Source: Octopus vulgaris (Eukaryota). From it: a DNA stretch of 64,000 nt. A program made the translations under genes and the position numbers. Position 1 is the stretch's first letter; each line of letters begins with the position of its first letter. Positions 38,538 through 52,069 of this stretch are shown piece by piece. The notes under the pieces were generated by a model. That model searched no databases. It had not been told where the DNA came from and worked only from the letters and a program-made list of their open reading frames with translations. Location of the stretch: the NCBI GenBank assembly GCA_951406725.2, contig OX597829.1:53568001-53632000 (forward strand), read 5' to 3'.

Positions 38538-38697
38538 ATATAGAACTATCATCAAAGATATATATATCAGCTGGAACCTCTCTGTATTTTCGTGTATATC
38601 CTAGACTAAAATATCTCCTGTTTCTTTGATTAAAACGTAGTATGTTATTTGGTGAACTGTGATAAAGTCACAGGAAAAAAGTCTAAATTAATTTATG

Positions 38698-39480
38698 GGA
38701 TCCGGGCAAAAACCTTCGGACCCCCTCCCCGGACAAAACCTCTGTGACTTTTTTTTTTACACCTAGATTCGTTATTTGATAGAGATTTGACTGCTATTTC
38801 TTGTAGCTTTTCACTCGATTGCTAGAAAACGATAAGTTATGTATGGTGTCAATAAAACATTTAAGCAAGAGAGAAAATGCCCCATACTGTTGACACGGTC
38901 ATGTTGATACCTAATAAAATGTGTTATTAGTACCGGCCAAAGAAAATTGCGGGAAAATACCCAAGGTTAGGTTTTCGCCGATGTTTATCTCTAATTAATG
39001 ACTTATTATTCAATTGGTTACTACGGACGGACGTACTTTCAATGCAAAATACGATGACTGTAATTCGTAATTCTGTATTTATAATTTGTCATGGTTCGTA
39101 TTTATCTTCACTAGGTAAAGAAGCTTCTTTTATCACGTGGATTACCTTATGTTTGGGCGGGCACACATTTATATTTGCTCGTTATAACCATTGTAAACCC
39201 GAGAAGTAAATGGCAGGCTTATGATCTATTTGGAAAGTTAATATCTTTTGGATACTTTGCAGCAACGAACATTACCAGAATAATAGAAACGATAATTGAA
39301 AAGAAAGGAAGCCCTTTGTTATCGCCGTTGCTATCAACAAGCATTTGGCTTTGCTGACAATATGTCAAAACACTGCAGATACGGCGGGCTTGAAAGGTTG
39401 TCGTCGTCATGTCGACTACTTTTAATGAAATATTTATAATTTCTGTCTGTCTCATGATAATCTTGTTCAATCAAGGCGGA
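38698..39480 (-). mobile_element. Possible degenerate MULE remnant
   Basis: Minus frame NGYNEQI*MCARPNI / IHVIKE resembles the MULE EGxHN...HPNI motif; repeated GGACAAAACC-type end at 38700-38740. Confidence 0.3.
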
Positions 39481-39534
39481 CAGGATGTGGAAACTGTAGT
39501 CTTCAATAATAGTAATAACAGTAAAAATGATGGT

Positions 39535-40160
39535 GATGATGATTTCTTTATTTTAAACACAAAGAGTTTACATTAGAAAAACATTAAGGACGGAACTGGA
39601 AAAAAAAAACAGTGTGTGTGTGTGTGTGTTGGGGGTGAGAGTTTGCATGTGAGCAGGTTTAGCAAAAAGGAAAAAATTAATGTATATTCATAAATAGAGA
39701 ATAGACGTTTGAGGGCTGTTCAAGGGGGGAAAAAAAAACCTCATAAAATTATGGGTGCCCAGACTTCTGGGGCAGGTTTCTCAATTTTCAGAGATATATA
39801 ACTTTTCTCAGTTCATCATCTCTGATTTACAGACGAATGCTCAGGGCAGACCATTTACTTGTACCAAGTTTACCATTCTCATCTACCTTTCAGTAAAATG
39901 GTTAGAAGGCAACACTTCTCTCTCCACCCTTATTTTTCTCATCAAGTGAAATGAAAAAGTTGTTGAGTGATTGGCCAAAGCAGAAAGGGCTTGTCTTCAG
40001 CTCCTTCAATATAGCTTCTTTTGCCATGGCCATGTGGTATATAAAAGCTGCCTACACTTCCTGGTTAAAAGAAGGCAGTGGGGCAATCTTCATGATGGAT
40101 TCAGTTGATAACTGAATCTGTCCTACATGTGACAGCAGGTGTTCAACATAAACCCACAGG
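39535..40160 (-). mobile_element. L1/Tx1-like ORF2 C-terminus and 3' end
   Basis: LWVYVEHLL...AMAKEAI...RKIRVERE...FTER*; AATAAA followed by an (ATC)n tail. Confidence 0.55.
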
Positions 40161-40164
40161 TTAG

Positions 40165-40760
40165 CAATCCCTGAGCATCAAAGGGCCTTAGAGTTAACGT
40201 AGCAAAAACCAAAGTCTTAGTAAGTAGGGAAAGCAAACAAATCACAAATCTCCTCAGATAGATGACCCTGCTTGATCTGTAAGAAAGGCACAGGTAGAAA
40301 TTCCATAAGATGTACCTGGTGTAAGCTGTGGACACATAAGAGGTGCAGCAATATCAGAGGAAGGTCAACAGGGGAAAATAGTCTTTGTATGTGGTAGCTG
40401 CATAGGTACAATCAACATTATAAATGTTCAGAAAATAGACTCCATCACAGGCAAGGGGGGAAAACTAGAAGTATATGACAGCTTCCATTACCTAGGTGAC
40501 CCAGTCAGTAGCAGGGGTGGATGCTCCAAGAGCAAAGTTACTAGAATAAGAATAGGTTGAGAAAAATTCAGAGAGCTACTTCTGTTGGTAACAAAGAGCC
40601 TCTCCCTCAGAGTGAAAGGCAGACTGTATGAGGCCTGTGTGTAAACAGCCATGCTACATAGAAGTGAAACATGGGCTGTGACTGCCGGGGACATGCGTAG
40701 GCTTGAAAGAAATGAAGTTAATATGCTTTGCTGGATGTGTAATGTCAGTGTGCATGTATA
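40165..40760 (+). mobile_element. RTE LINE RT C-terminal fragment with embedded PHD-like finger
   Basis: SKGLRVNVAKTKVL - C4HC3 motif - DSFHYLGD...LSLRVKGRLYEACV...SETW. Confidence 0.85.
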
Positions 40761-41440
40761 ACAAAATTTTGACGTGTCACCATTGTCACTTTGGTTTCTA
40801 TTGTAATTTACTTTCACTTTTTTGATAACTTTAAACTGCAAATTAACTTAAAAAAAGGTCTCCGGTTAATGATAACCTTCTTTTTTTTTCCAAAAGGTCA
40901 GCATCTGTCGTTTACCCTCTCTTAATGAAACTGTTTACCCACACACATTTGTGTGTGTATGCATAAATACATGCAATACATACATACACACACGCACGGA
41001 TATTCATACATACATAGTTTAGTTCACGTAAATGGTCATTTATGTTGACCATTTAACATCACGCGTTCAGTCTGTGAAGGATGGCTCTCTCGTAATTTCT
41101 GAATGCATTGACTCTAGAGCAGTATTCTGTGTTCTAACACAACTTCCACAAATAAATCTTTTATTAAGAAACAACAACAAAAATTAAAGTGAATGTATGT
41201 TTTATATAACTTGCTTCACTAACATATTTTGAGATTAAAATTGAATGCTCTAGTTTAAGGAGTTGACTAATTATTATTATTAGTCAAGTAGCTAATTATT
41301 TGATAAAACGATTAGTTAATCAGTAGATTAGTCAACTAATAACAAGCAAAAAGAAAGCAACTAGAACAAATGTGGGTGTTTTTATTGGCAAAATAACTCT
41401 CGCAAGATAATTATGCGCATGTGTGTGTATGTGTGTGCAT

Positions 41441-41484
<44 letters not shown>

Positions 41485-41487
41485 CTC

Positions 41488-43567
41488 AGCATGGCCACAG
41501 TTCAACTTAAACCACAGTCCAATGACTGAAACAAGTAAAAGATAAAAGATATACTGGGATTGATTTGTTCAACTACAACCCTTCAAGGTGGTGCTCCAGC
41601 ATGGCCACAGTCCAATGACTGAAACAAGTAAAAGATAAAAGATATACTGGGATTGATTTGTTCAACTAAAACCCTTCAAGGTGGTGCTCCAGCATGGCCA
41701 CAGTCCAATGACTGAAACAAGTAAAAGATAAAAGATATACTGGGATTGATTTGTTCAACTAAAAGCCTTCAAGGTGGTGCTCCAGCATGGCCACAGTCCA
41801 ATGACTGAAACAAGTAAAAGATAAAAGATATACTGGGATTGATTTGTTCAACTAAAAGCCTTCAAGGTGGTGCTCCAGCATGGCCACAGTCCAATGACTG
41901 AAACAAGTAAAAGATAAAAGATATACTGGGATTGATTTGTTCAACTACAACCCTTCAAGGTGGTGCTCCAGCATGGCCACAGTCCAATGACTGAAACAAG
42001 TAAAAGATAAAAGATATACTGGGATTGATTTGTTCAACTACAACCCTTCAAGGTGGTGCCCCAGCATGGCCACAGTCCAATGACTGAAACAAGTAAAAGA
42101 TAAAAGATATACTGGGATTGATTTGTTCAACTACAACCCTTCAAGGTGGTGCTCCAGCATGGCCACAGTCCAATGACTGAAACAAGTAAAAGATAAAAGA
42201 TATACTGGGATTGATTTGTTCAACTAAAACCCTTCAAGGTGGTGCCCCAGCATGGCCACAGTCCAATGACTGAAACAAGTAAAAGATAAAAGATATACTG
42301 GGATTGATTTGTTCAACTAAAAGCCTTCAAGGTGGTGCTCCAGCATGGCCACAGTCCAATGACTGAAACAAGTAAAAGATAAAAGATATACTGGGATTGA
42401 TTTGTTCAACTAAAAGCCTTCAAGGTGGTGCTCCAGCATGGCCACAGTCCAATGACTGAAACAAGTAAAAGATAAAAGATATACTGGGATTGATTTGTTC
42501 AACTAAAAGCCTTCAAGGTGGTGCTCCAGCATGGCCACAGTCCAATGACTGAAACAAGTAAAAGATAAAAGATATACTGGGATTGATTTGTTCAACTACA
42601 ACCCTTCAAGGTGGTGCTCCAGCATGGCCACAGTCCAATGACTGAAACAAGTAAAAGATAAAAGATATACTGGGATTGATTTGTTCAACTACAACCCTTC
42701 AAGGTGGTGCCCCAGCATGGCCACAGTCCAATGACTGAAACAAGTAAAAGATAAAAGATATACTGGGATTGATTTGTTCAACTACAACCCTTCAAGGTGG
42801 TGCTCCAGCATGGCCACAGTCCAATGACTGAAACAAGTAAAAGATAAAAGATATACTGGGATTGATTTGTTCAACTAAAACCCTTCAAGGTGGTGCCCCA
42901 GCATGGCCACAGTCCAATGACTGAAACAAGTAAAAGATAAAAGATATACTGGGATTGATTTGTTCAACCAAAACCTTTCAAGGTGGTGCCCCAGTATGGC
43001 CACAGTCCAATGACTGAAACAAGTAAAAGATAAAAGATATACTGGGATTGATTTGTTCAACTACAACCCTTCAAGGTGGTGCTCCAGCATGGCCACAGTC
43101 CAATGACTGAAACAAGTAAAAGATAAAAGATATACTGGGATTGATTTGTTCAAGTAAAACCCTTCAAGGTGGTGCCCCAGCATGGCCACAGTCCAATGAC
43201 TGAAACAAGTAAAAGATTAAAGATATACTGGGATTGATTTGTTCAAGTAAAACCCTTCAAGGTGGTGCCCCAGCATGGCCACAGTCCAATGACTGAAACA
43301 AGTAAAAGATAAAAGATATACTGGGATTGATTTGTTCAACTACAACCCTTCAAGGTGGTGCCCCAGCATGGCCACAGTCCAATGACTGAAACAAGTAAAA
43401 GATAAAAGATATACTGGGATTGATTTGTTCAACTAAAACCCTTCAAGGTGGTGCCCCAGCATGGCCACAGTCCAATGACTGAAACAAGTAAAAGATAAAA
43501 GATATACTGGGATTGATTTGTTCAAGTAAAACCCTTCAAGGTGGTGCCCCAGCATGGCCACAGTCCT
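41488..43567 (+). repeat. 93-bp tandem satellite, 22 full units, derived from the SINE-B 3' tail
   Basis: CCACAGTCC recurs at 41512, 41605 ... 43558 (22 x 93 bp); unit matches the SINE-B tail at 17150-17222. Confidence 0.97.
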
Positions 43568-43831
43568 ATAATAAAAGATAAAAAGGGAAGGGGAAAATTT
43601 AATGGCTGAAGTGTTTCAGGCATTTCTTCCTCAGAGAGGAGGAAAAGCCTGATGCTGGGAATATGGGCTGGGTAAGTTGAGGTATTTCTGACCAGTGAAA
43701 GAACAGAATGACAAGCATGTGTCTGTGTGTGCAAATGTGTGTTTGTATATAAAAAAACAGAAGAGGTCCTTCAAGAATCATTGATTCATAAGGCAGCTTT
43801 TCCAGATTCTGTGGTGTGTATATTCACCCCT

Positions 43832-44255
43832 GGGAACCAATTCTACTATATGGCTCAGAAACCTGGACGTTATCAAAGAAGCTTGAGAGGCGGTTGGATG
43901 GAACCTACACTCGCCTCCTTATGAGAGCTCAAAATCTCTCGTGGAAGCGCCATCCAACCAAAATGCAAATATATGGGAAACTACCACCTGTGTCATCTCT
44001 TGTGAAAGGTAGAAGAGTCCAGTTTGCTGGACATTGTTGTAGAGCTGAAAACGAGGTAATTTCTACTCTTCTCCTCTGGAAGCCATCTACTCACAATACC
44101 AGAGGGCGCACACTCTCCTACCCTGATGTAATCTCCAGGGATACAGGCATCCAGCAACAGGACCTCCATAATGCCATGATGGACCGTGAAGTCTGGCGTA
44201 GCATGGTAAATTCCATTGTCTCGACCACGGTCAAACAATGATGATGATGATGATG
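43832..44255 (+). mobile_element. RTE-group LINE 3' end (second family), open to its stop
   Basis: EPILLYGSETWTL...RLDGTYTRLL...FAGHC...MMDREVWR, then a (TGA)n tail. Confidence 0.85.
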
Positions 44256-45624
44256 GGATTGGACACTGGCCTGTCGTAGGACTAACTCATCTTTGCCAGC
44301 TGAGTGGAGTGGAGTAACATGTAATGAAGTGCTTCACTTGAAAAGACATTGCATTTGTGCAGTCCAAGAATCAAAACCACAGTTTTACAATCATGTGTTC
44401 TACACTCGAACCACTAAGCCAGGCACCTTCATGTTTGAGCGTGAGAGGGATTTGGAAAAATAGTTTTGTGTGTGTGTGTGTACACACATGTATGTAAAGA
44501 CAGAAATGTCAGTTTTCTCGTGTTGTGTTGCGTGTCTGTGTACATGTTACATTACAATGTGTGTACGTCTGTGAGTGGTTATTATGCAGTGTGTATGAGT
44601 GTCCATGAGTTGTGTGTACAACCTTGTGTCTGCATGTGTGCATGTGTGTTTCTGCATGTATGTTATATGTACAGATCTCTAGATGTGTGTGTTTGTGTTC
44701 ATGTAAAAATGTGTCTCTTATATTTGTAATATGAATTTATGTCTGTGTATTTGATATGCACGTTTATTTTTGGTGTTCGTGTGTGTGTGTGTATCTGTGT
44801 ATGTTTCTCTATGTGTAGTGTGTGTATATGTGAATGCATGTGTGTATGAGTGTGAAAGCCTGTGAAGACAGAAGTACGTCTATCATATTGTAATGAGCAT
44901 GTGTTCATATATTTGGAAGTAACAACATGATATTTTACATTGTTAATGGTTGTGTGTGTGTGTAAGAGGAGATGATGGAGAAAGATGGGGAGAAATTGAG
45001 AACAAAGGCGTTTGGGTTTGAAAAGAGAAAATAGAACACTGCACTCTGCAGTCAAGAGTTAGCGGATCCATTGTGTAAAACCAAACCAAGCACTATAAGA
45101 TGTTGAGTTGAGTGGTTCTCTAATTATCAGCTAATTAAGACTGAAGATAGATAAAAATAAAATAACAGGGAATAGACAAAAGTGGAGTTCTGACATAGGA
45201 TACGTGACAGTTCATCATCCTGCTTTTGCAGTAATAGGAGGGCCTGGCAGCAAAGATACCATTGTAATATCCTGTTGTAGTGATGGGAATGACCCACAAA
45301 TCCCATAGAGTTTAGAAGGTCTGAGACTCCATGTAGGCATATAACAACTCTGTATCATGATGTTTATTAAATAAGCTCTTAAGTGCAAGCTAATATAACC
45401 CTTTTCTAACCCTTTTTAGTGCTAAGTCAGTAAGACATCTTCCGCCAGCTAAAACCAGGCACTCCTCATCACTGACCAATTCAAACCTTTGTTAATCTTA
45501 CTATCAGATACGTTATAGACATATTCCACATGCGATGGGAAGAACCTAAACCTGGGTTTAGAAAAAGAATGTTTATAAACTGCCTGCCTGCTAATTCACC
45601 AGTCAAATAGGAATATGGCACTTA

Positions 45625-45855
45625 ATGCTGCCAAAAGGGATGCTTTTTTTTTTAAATGAAGCAGCACCCAAATTTGACCCTAGTGCAAGGTTCGGAATGG
45701 AAAGGGAGCGTACACGAAAACGGGAAATAATTACAAAGGATGCTGACAATGATCGTAATGAGAAGCACCATCGGGAGGGTCATAAAGAACTAGAGAACTA
45801 TGTAGGCTTTGCTAACTTACCAAATCAAGTTTACCGAAAATCTGTCAAAATCTAA
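45625..45855 (+). pseudogene. SEPT7: Septin-7/peanut-like N-terminal fragment, truncated before the P-loop
   Basis: KELENYVGFANLPNQVYRKSVK matches the SEPT7-group signature; the expected RGFEFTLMVVG is replaced by I-stop; no good splice donor. Confidence 0.75.
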
Positions 45856-46014
45856 GTACATGGCAGAGTACCATTTCAGAGGGTTTGATATTGGCTCCTA
45901 TATAAACTAACCATTGCTATGAATCTCCACTATACATTTGTACACTGTGCTAATTTGGACAGTGTCTATCTGGGGGTAAAATTCTGCAGGTGTTCTGAAG
46001 TTAGATCAAGGGGT

Positions 46015-46228
46015 GGGGAGACTATGATGCTCCCTATTTACTCCTGCTTGTGATCAGTAATACACATATTGCCAGCCACCAAGGGACATGCTCAGCTGGT
46101 GAGGGTCAAGCAACTGGCATGCAAATCTGTGGTACTGAGCTGTAGCCCATCTTTTATACAAAGGTAAAATGTGCACATGTTGATACTTCCAATCAGTTAA
46201 GATCAGAAGCCATGAGAATCACTGCATG
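46015..46228 (-). mobile_element. SINE family D body fragment
   Basis: Reverse-complement homology to 63740-63960. Confidence 0.75.
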
Positions 46229-46249
46229 AGGACGATTATTTATTTTTAT

Positions 46250-46716
46250 CACAGGTTTTGTTGGAACTCCTTGAGTCTTGCATGCATAGCAGGCTTACCA
46301 CCTGCAGCCTACAGTGCCATGCTACTTGCTCTTTTCAGCTAATACTTCCCTGATTATTCTAGCCGTGCCAAAGAGGCAAACCTTTTATAACAGTTCTACT
46401 GGGCACTCTATTCTAATTTCCTTTATATTCCTCTTGATACCTTCTGATACTATACCCAAGGACCCAACAATAATTGGCACTATCTTCACCTTTATTTTCC
46501 ATAACCGGGCTATTTCATACTGAAGATGGTTGTATCTATCTATTTTCTTGCCCTCCTTCTTGACTATTTGTTGGTCAAAGGGGTATGCAATATCAACTAC
46601 ATAGCACATGTGGTGCATCTTGTCAACCACCACTAGGTCCAGTCTGTTGTGCTCTAGCACCTGATCTATTTGGATTGGGAAATCCCAGAGGATTTCACAA
46701 GTCTCTGACTCCACAA
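46250..46716 (-). mobile_element. R4/Dong endonuclease fragment (third subfamily)
   Basis: ILWDFPIQIDQVLEHNRLDLVVV...VDIAYP...KIDRY...VPIIVGSLG. Confidence 0.8.
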
Positions 46717-47657
46717 CTATAATAAATAACCTGATGTTACTTATTTTGGATAATTATAAAGAGCCTGCAATTTTTCTTTTTGTTGTATGTTTACTGTTAA
46801 TACTGACAAAATGAGTTGACTGTATTGTGCTGCATAATATGGTCTACTGGATTATGTAATAGCATCATTTAGCTTACAGAAATGTGTGTACGTTATATAA
46901 TGCATTAAGTACCAGTTACATTTTCTGTATTCCTTCATGTGTGTTTGTGTGTGTGTGCATGCATGCACATAGGCATGCATGTGTGTGCATATACACACAC
47001 ACTGAGAAAGAAAGTGATTGATAGATAGATAGATAAATAGATAGATGGATGGATGGCCAGACAGATGGATGGACGAACGGACGGATGGACAGACAGACAG
47101 ACAAATAGATAGATAGGTGCGAGGGACGTTCAATAAGTAATGCCTCTGACCCACTTGCAGTTGTTTGATCTAGCTGAAATTTTGCATGTGCAATCGTATA
47201 GGGGAGAAAGTAGTGGTGCACAAATGACACATGTGGTGTACAATAATTGATTCCTATTTTGTTGGTAATATGCCGTATTTAGAAAGAAGCAAAAAGATTG
47301 AGAAATGTTTTAGCTCTTAGTATGCATATCCAGTTGTGTTTTTTTTTATGTTTAAAATCATATATATATGTACATATCAATGAGTATGTGAGATGGTTTT
47401 GTGACAGAAAAATATGATTTGATCTTTCTGTATTTACAAATGATGCTTGTTGCATTAAATTTTTGTAGGAACCACACTTGTGCTACTGTAACATGGGGTG
47501 GATAAAATTGTATACAAATGAATCAGAACAGTTGGGAAGCAAAGGGAGAAAATGGCAACTGAGTCAAAGAGGTGTTGGTTCAAAAGAATGAATCAAAAGA
47601 CTGCAAAGTGTATTGAAGGCAAAATGAATTTGATATTGCCTGGCAAAACAAAGTGGG

Positions 47658-47925
47658 GAGACATGTAGCTTAGTGGTTATGGTGTTGGACTCACGATCGT
47701 AATATTGTGGTTTCAATTCCTGGACAGAGTGATGAGATGTGTTCTTGAGCAAAACACTTCATTTCACATTGCCCCAGTTCACTCAGCTGGCAAAAGTGAG
47801 TAATCCTGCGACGGACCAGTGTTTCATCCAGGTGGGGAATTTAAATGCTATGGAAACCTGGAAACCAGGTAACTGGCCCTTAGGAGTCGGCATGATTCAT
47901 GGAGGTAACCTTTACCTTTACCTTA
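47658..47925 (+). mobile_element. tRNA-derived SINE (family E)
   Basis: A-box TAGCTTAGTGG, B-box GGTTTCAATTCC, TTCTTGAGCAAAACACTT core; related minus-strand copy at ~44260-44430. Confidence 0.65.
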
Positions 47926-48532
47926 GCAAAACAAACTGAAGCACAAAAGATCTGAAGCACAGAAAAAAATCATCTTAGACATTGGAGACTGAACCAGTCC
48001 TTTTTAATCAGTAAATATTCAGATTTCAGGCCTTCGACTACAATTGAGTTTTGTCATTACATCCATAATTTATTTGTCTCCTCAATGCAACTAACACAGA
48101 ACTGGTTCAAAGCAACTAACACCGTATACCGAAACAAAAGACGTCATTACACGTATCACTAATCTGTTGAAATCAAAATCACCACAGTTTTGTCATCACA
48201 ACCAAAACTATGCTATTTCCTTACAATCACCACAGAGTTGCGTCATTAAAAACCCTCATTGAGTGGTGTCATTATAAAACTAAGTATTGCCTGCATTATT
48301 AGAAGTATCACTTTAGCTATATCGTTACCCTCCCCCCCACTCCTGCCATCCAGATTTAATTTCAACTGCTTACACTCCTCTTCTCTTTTATTACCAAACA
48401 CCGCTTTAATGATCTGTATCGCTGAAAACCCTTGCTGACGAGTTTCAGTATGACCATTACCGAGAATTACTTTGCAAACTTGCTCTTAGCTGTTTCGATA
48501 CTCCTAATACCGAGCTCAGCTTTGGCATTTAA

Positions 48533-48543
48533 AAATAATAATG

Positions 48544-48598
<55 letters not shown>

Positions 48599-49125
48599 AA
48601 TTATTGTATACAGTGCTCAGGTGCACCACAACTTGTCAGAAAGTGCATATAAAGTACATGCAGTAATGTAGAAATGTCTGGAAAGCGAACAATGCATGAG
48701 TCAGATACATGCTTGTGTGTGTATGGAGGGGACAAAATCAGGTGTAGTGTTGGCGAATCTCAGAAAGCATGGAAGTTTTGAAGGATGCACTGCTCCGACA
48801 ACTAACAACTGATGCCGGCAGTTTGTTCCATGCTTCAGCAACTCTCAGCGTGAAAAAATGTTTCCTGAAGTCATGGGAGCTGTGCTGTTTTCTGACTTTG
48901 TAAATATGTCCACGGGTGTTAGATGGGTGGAGTTTGAAAGGGTGCTCAGAGTTATTGTTTGTACGATGGTTGATAATTTTATGGGTGTCTGCCAAGTCAG
49001 CTGCCAGATGTCGGAGTTTCAATGTGTCCATGCCCAGGGAAGTAAGGCGTTCAGAATATGGCAAATGCCTGATGGAGGGTATTCTTTTGGTTGCACCAGT
49101 GACCTGTGTTGCTACATCCAAAATA
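48533..49125 (-). mobile_element. CR1-clade LINE 3' end (different subfamily) with (ATT)n tail
   Basis: ATKRIPSIRHLPYSERL...TRGH...FFTLRVAEAWNKLP. Confidence 0.88.
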
Positions 49126-49840
49126 TAGATGTATCATTACAACAGCCACTAATAAGCTGAAATATCCTTACAACAACCAGCACTGAGTTGTATCATTACA
49201 ACTATTCTTTTCCTTTTCTGCTTTGTAGCAATTGATTTTCCTTATAAGTTTTTTTAAAAAATCATTAAATGTTTTAAAACTATTTTTTTGTCCTTTTGGC
49301 TGTAGACCTTGGTGTAGACCCCTGGCTTGCCATCTCCTATCAAACCATCCAACCAATGACAGCATGGAAGATGAACGTTAAACAATAATGATGATGATTT
49401 CAATATTTTTACATGTTACACTCTATTTTCATTATATATATATATTGAACGGTACTGTCCAGGTATCGAAACCATAGTGATATCTGTGGGGGCAGCTGAT
49501 GATGGAGGTGTGTTGGTTTGTTGGATGGCTGTTATTATATGTGCAGAGTAGTTTTATAAGACATCCATTTGATATATATATATACATGCTGGTGGCACGT
49601 AAAAAGCACCATCCGATTGTGACCGTTGCCAGCCTCGTCTGGCCTCCATGCCAGTGGCACGTAAAAAGCACCCACTACACTCACGGAGTGCTTGGAATTA
49701 GGAAGGGCATCCAGCCGTAGAAACACTGCCAGATCAGACTGGAGCCTGGTGCAGCCTTCTGGCTTCACAGACCCCAGTTGAACCGTTCAACCCATGCTAG
49801 CATGGAAAGAAGACGTTAAACGATGATGATGATGATGATG

Positions 49841-49871
<31 letters not shown>

Positions 49872-49909
49872 TGTATGTATGTATGTATGTATGTGTGTGT
49901 GTGTGTGTG

Positions 49910-49940
<31 letters not shown>

Positions 49941-49994
49941 ATATGGTATATTGGTGCAAACAGGAAAAATAGAACTCAAAATATGAGTATATGT

Positions 49995-50027
<33 letters not shown>

Positions 50028-50425
50028 GTTTAACATCTGCTTTCCATTCTGGCATGGTTTGACAAAGGCTGCACCAGGCTCCAATCTAATCTGGCAAGGT
50101 TTCTACAGCTGAACGCTTTTCGTAACACCAAACACTCTGAGAGTGTAGTGGATATTTTTCATGTGCCACCGGCATGGGACCCAGTTAGGCAGCACTGGCA
50201 TCGACCATGCTCGAATGGTGCTTTTTACGTGCCACCATCATGGACGCCAGTCAGATGGTACTGGTAACATCCAAAACAATGATTTCTCTTGACTCAAAAG
50301 GTCTTCTCAAGCACAGCATATTGCCTGATGATTGAGGGTACAGTTATGCGACACTGGCCTAGGCCATGGCTACAGTCTTTATTAATATCAATATTTAGCA
50401 GAAGATTCTACTAAATATTAATAAG

Positions 50426-50548
<123 letters not shown>

Positions 50549-50744
50549 GTAGATAGATAGATAGGCAGATATATACATGAGGGCATCAAGCGGAAGAAAC
50601 ATCGCCTTATCAGATTGGAGTTTGGGGCAGCCTTTTGGCTCTCCAGATCTTAGTCAAACCGTCCAACCCATGCCAGCATGGAAACGATGATGATGACAGT
50701 GTTACCTCACAGTAAATGAGTTTAATTCATTCCATGACTCTCTC

Positions 50745-51159
50745 TTTCTCTTTTACTCTTTTACTTGTTTCAGTCATTTGACTGCGGCCATGCTGGAGCA
50801 CCGCCTTTAATCGAGCAAATCGACCCCGGGACTTATTCTTTGTAAGCCCAGTACTTATTCTATCGGTCTCTTTTGCCGAACCGCTAAGTGACGGGGATGT
50901 AAACACACCAGCATCGGTTGTCAAGCAATGCTAGGGGGACAAACGCAGACACACAAACATATACACACATACTTACATATATATATACATATATACGACA
51001 GGCTTCTTTCAGGTTCCGTCTACCAAATCCACTCACAAGGCATTGGTCGGCCCGGGGCTATAGCAGAAGACACTTGCCCAAGATGCCACGCAGTGGGACT
51101 GATCCCGGAACCATGTGGTTGGTTAGCAAGCTACTTACCTCACAGCCACTCCTACGCCT
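50745..51159 (-). mobile_element. SINE family B, full length
   Basis: Near-consensus copy. Confidence 0.9.
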
Positions 51160-51690
51160 GAACCCATTTTATGATTTACTTGTTTGACAAATCAATTTTC
51201 CCCATTGGAATAAATTAAAACATAATTAATCCATTCCGTCCCCTCAAAACCATCATAAAAAAATTTTTTTTATGGGTTTTAAAACAGAAAAGGTGCAGTT
51301 TACAAAGAAAATGACAATTATATAAAAACATAATAAAAGAGAATGAAAAAGAAATATGTAAACTGGTTTTTCATTAATTTAAAATACCTTAAAAACGGGA
51401 CAATTTGTGTACGAGGAAGACGATGTAGTGGGGAGGAGGAGGGGAGGATTACTGTTTCGAAGGAGAATCTTCTTCCGTTAAGACTTCAGGAAGAACAATT
51501 TCTGACACTTTCTCTCTCACTTCGCTTGCAGGTTGTTTCATTGGAAACATGTCGAGAGAAGTTTGCTTTTGCCTGTCTTTCAAAATGTTTGGAAATTATG
51601 CCAGAGCAGTGTCATTAAATAAAGCAGCAGCACGATCTGCAGATACTTTTTCAAGATGATATTTTTTTACAGATTCAGAAACATGGAGCA

Positions 51691-52067
51691 TAGGCGCAGG
51701 AGTGGCTGTGTGGTAAGAAGCTTGCTTTCCAACCACATGGTTCCAGGTTCAGTCCCACTGCATGGCACCTTGGGCAAGTGTCTTCTACTGTAGCCTCAGA
51801 CTGACCAAAGCCTTGTGAGTGGATTTTGTAGACGGAAACTGAAAGAAGCCCATCGTATGTGTGTGTGTGTGTATGTTTGTGTGTCTGTGTTTGTCCCCCC
51901 CCCCAACCACCATTGCTTGACAACCGATGTTGGTGTGTTCACATCCCATTAAACTAACGGTTAGGCAAAAGAGACCAATGGGTTCGATTTGTTCGACTAA
52001 AGGTGGTGCTCCAGCATGGCCACAGTCAAATGACTGAAACAAATAGAAGAATAAAAGAACAAAAGAA
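51691..52067 (+). mobile_element. SINE family B
   Basis: AGGCGCAGGAGTGGCTGTGTGG head, GGTTCAGTCCC B-box, tail. Confidence 0.9.
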
Positions 52068-52069
52068 TA

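Noticed and set aside
41488-43567. CRISPR-like regular array
   Set aside because: Units are contiguous and near-identical with no unique spacers; the unit is a SINE tail; context is eukaryotic with no cas genes.
43605-43640. Further hammerhead-like fragments (also ~11785-11825, 18505-18605, 27430-27470, 51445-51490)
   Set aside because: Core boxes or stems too degenerate to call individually.
45221-45308. VIGGPGSKDT, resembling an adenylate kinase P-loop
   Set aside because: Lacks the G of GSGKGT, has no further similarity and stops after ~25 codons; probably chance.
45878-45910. RGFD peptide 28 nt after the septin KSVK
   Set aside because: Similarity ends after 3-4 residues and the gap has no GT donor and is too short for an intron.
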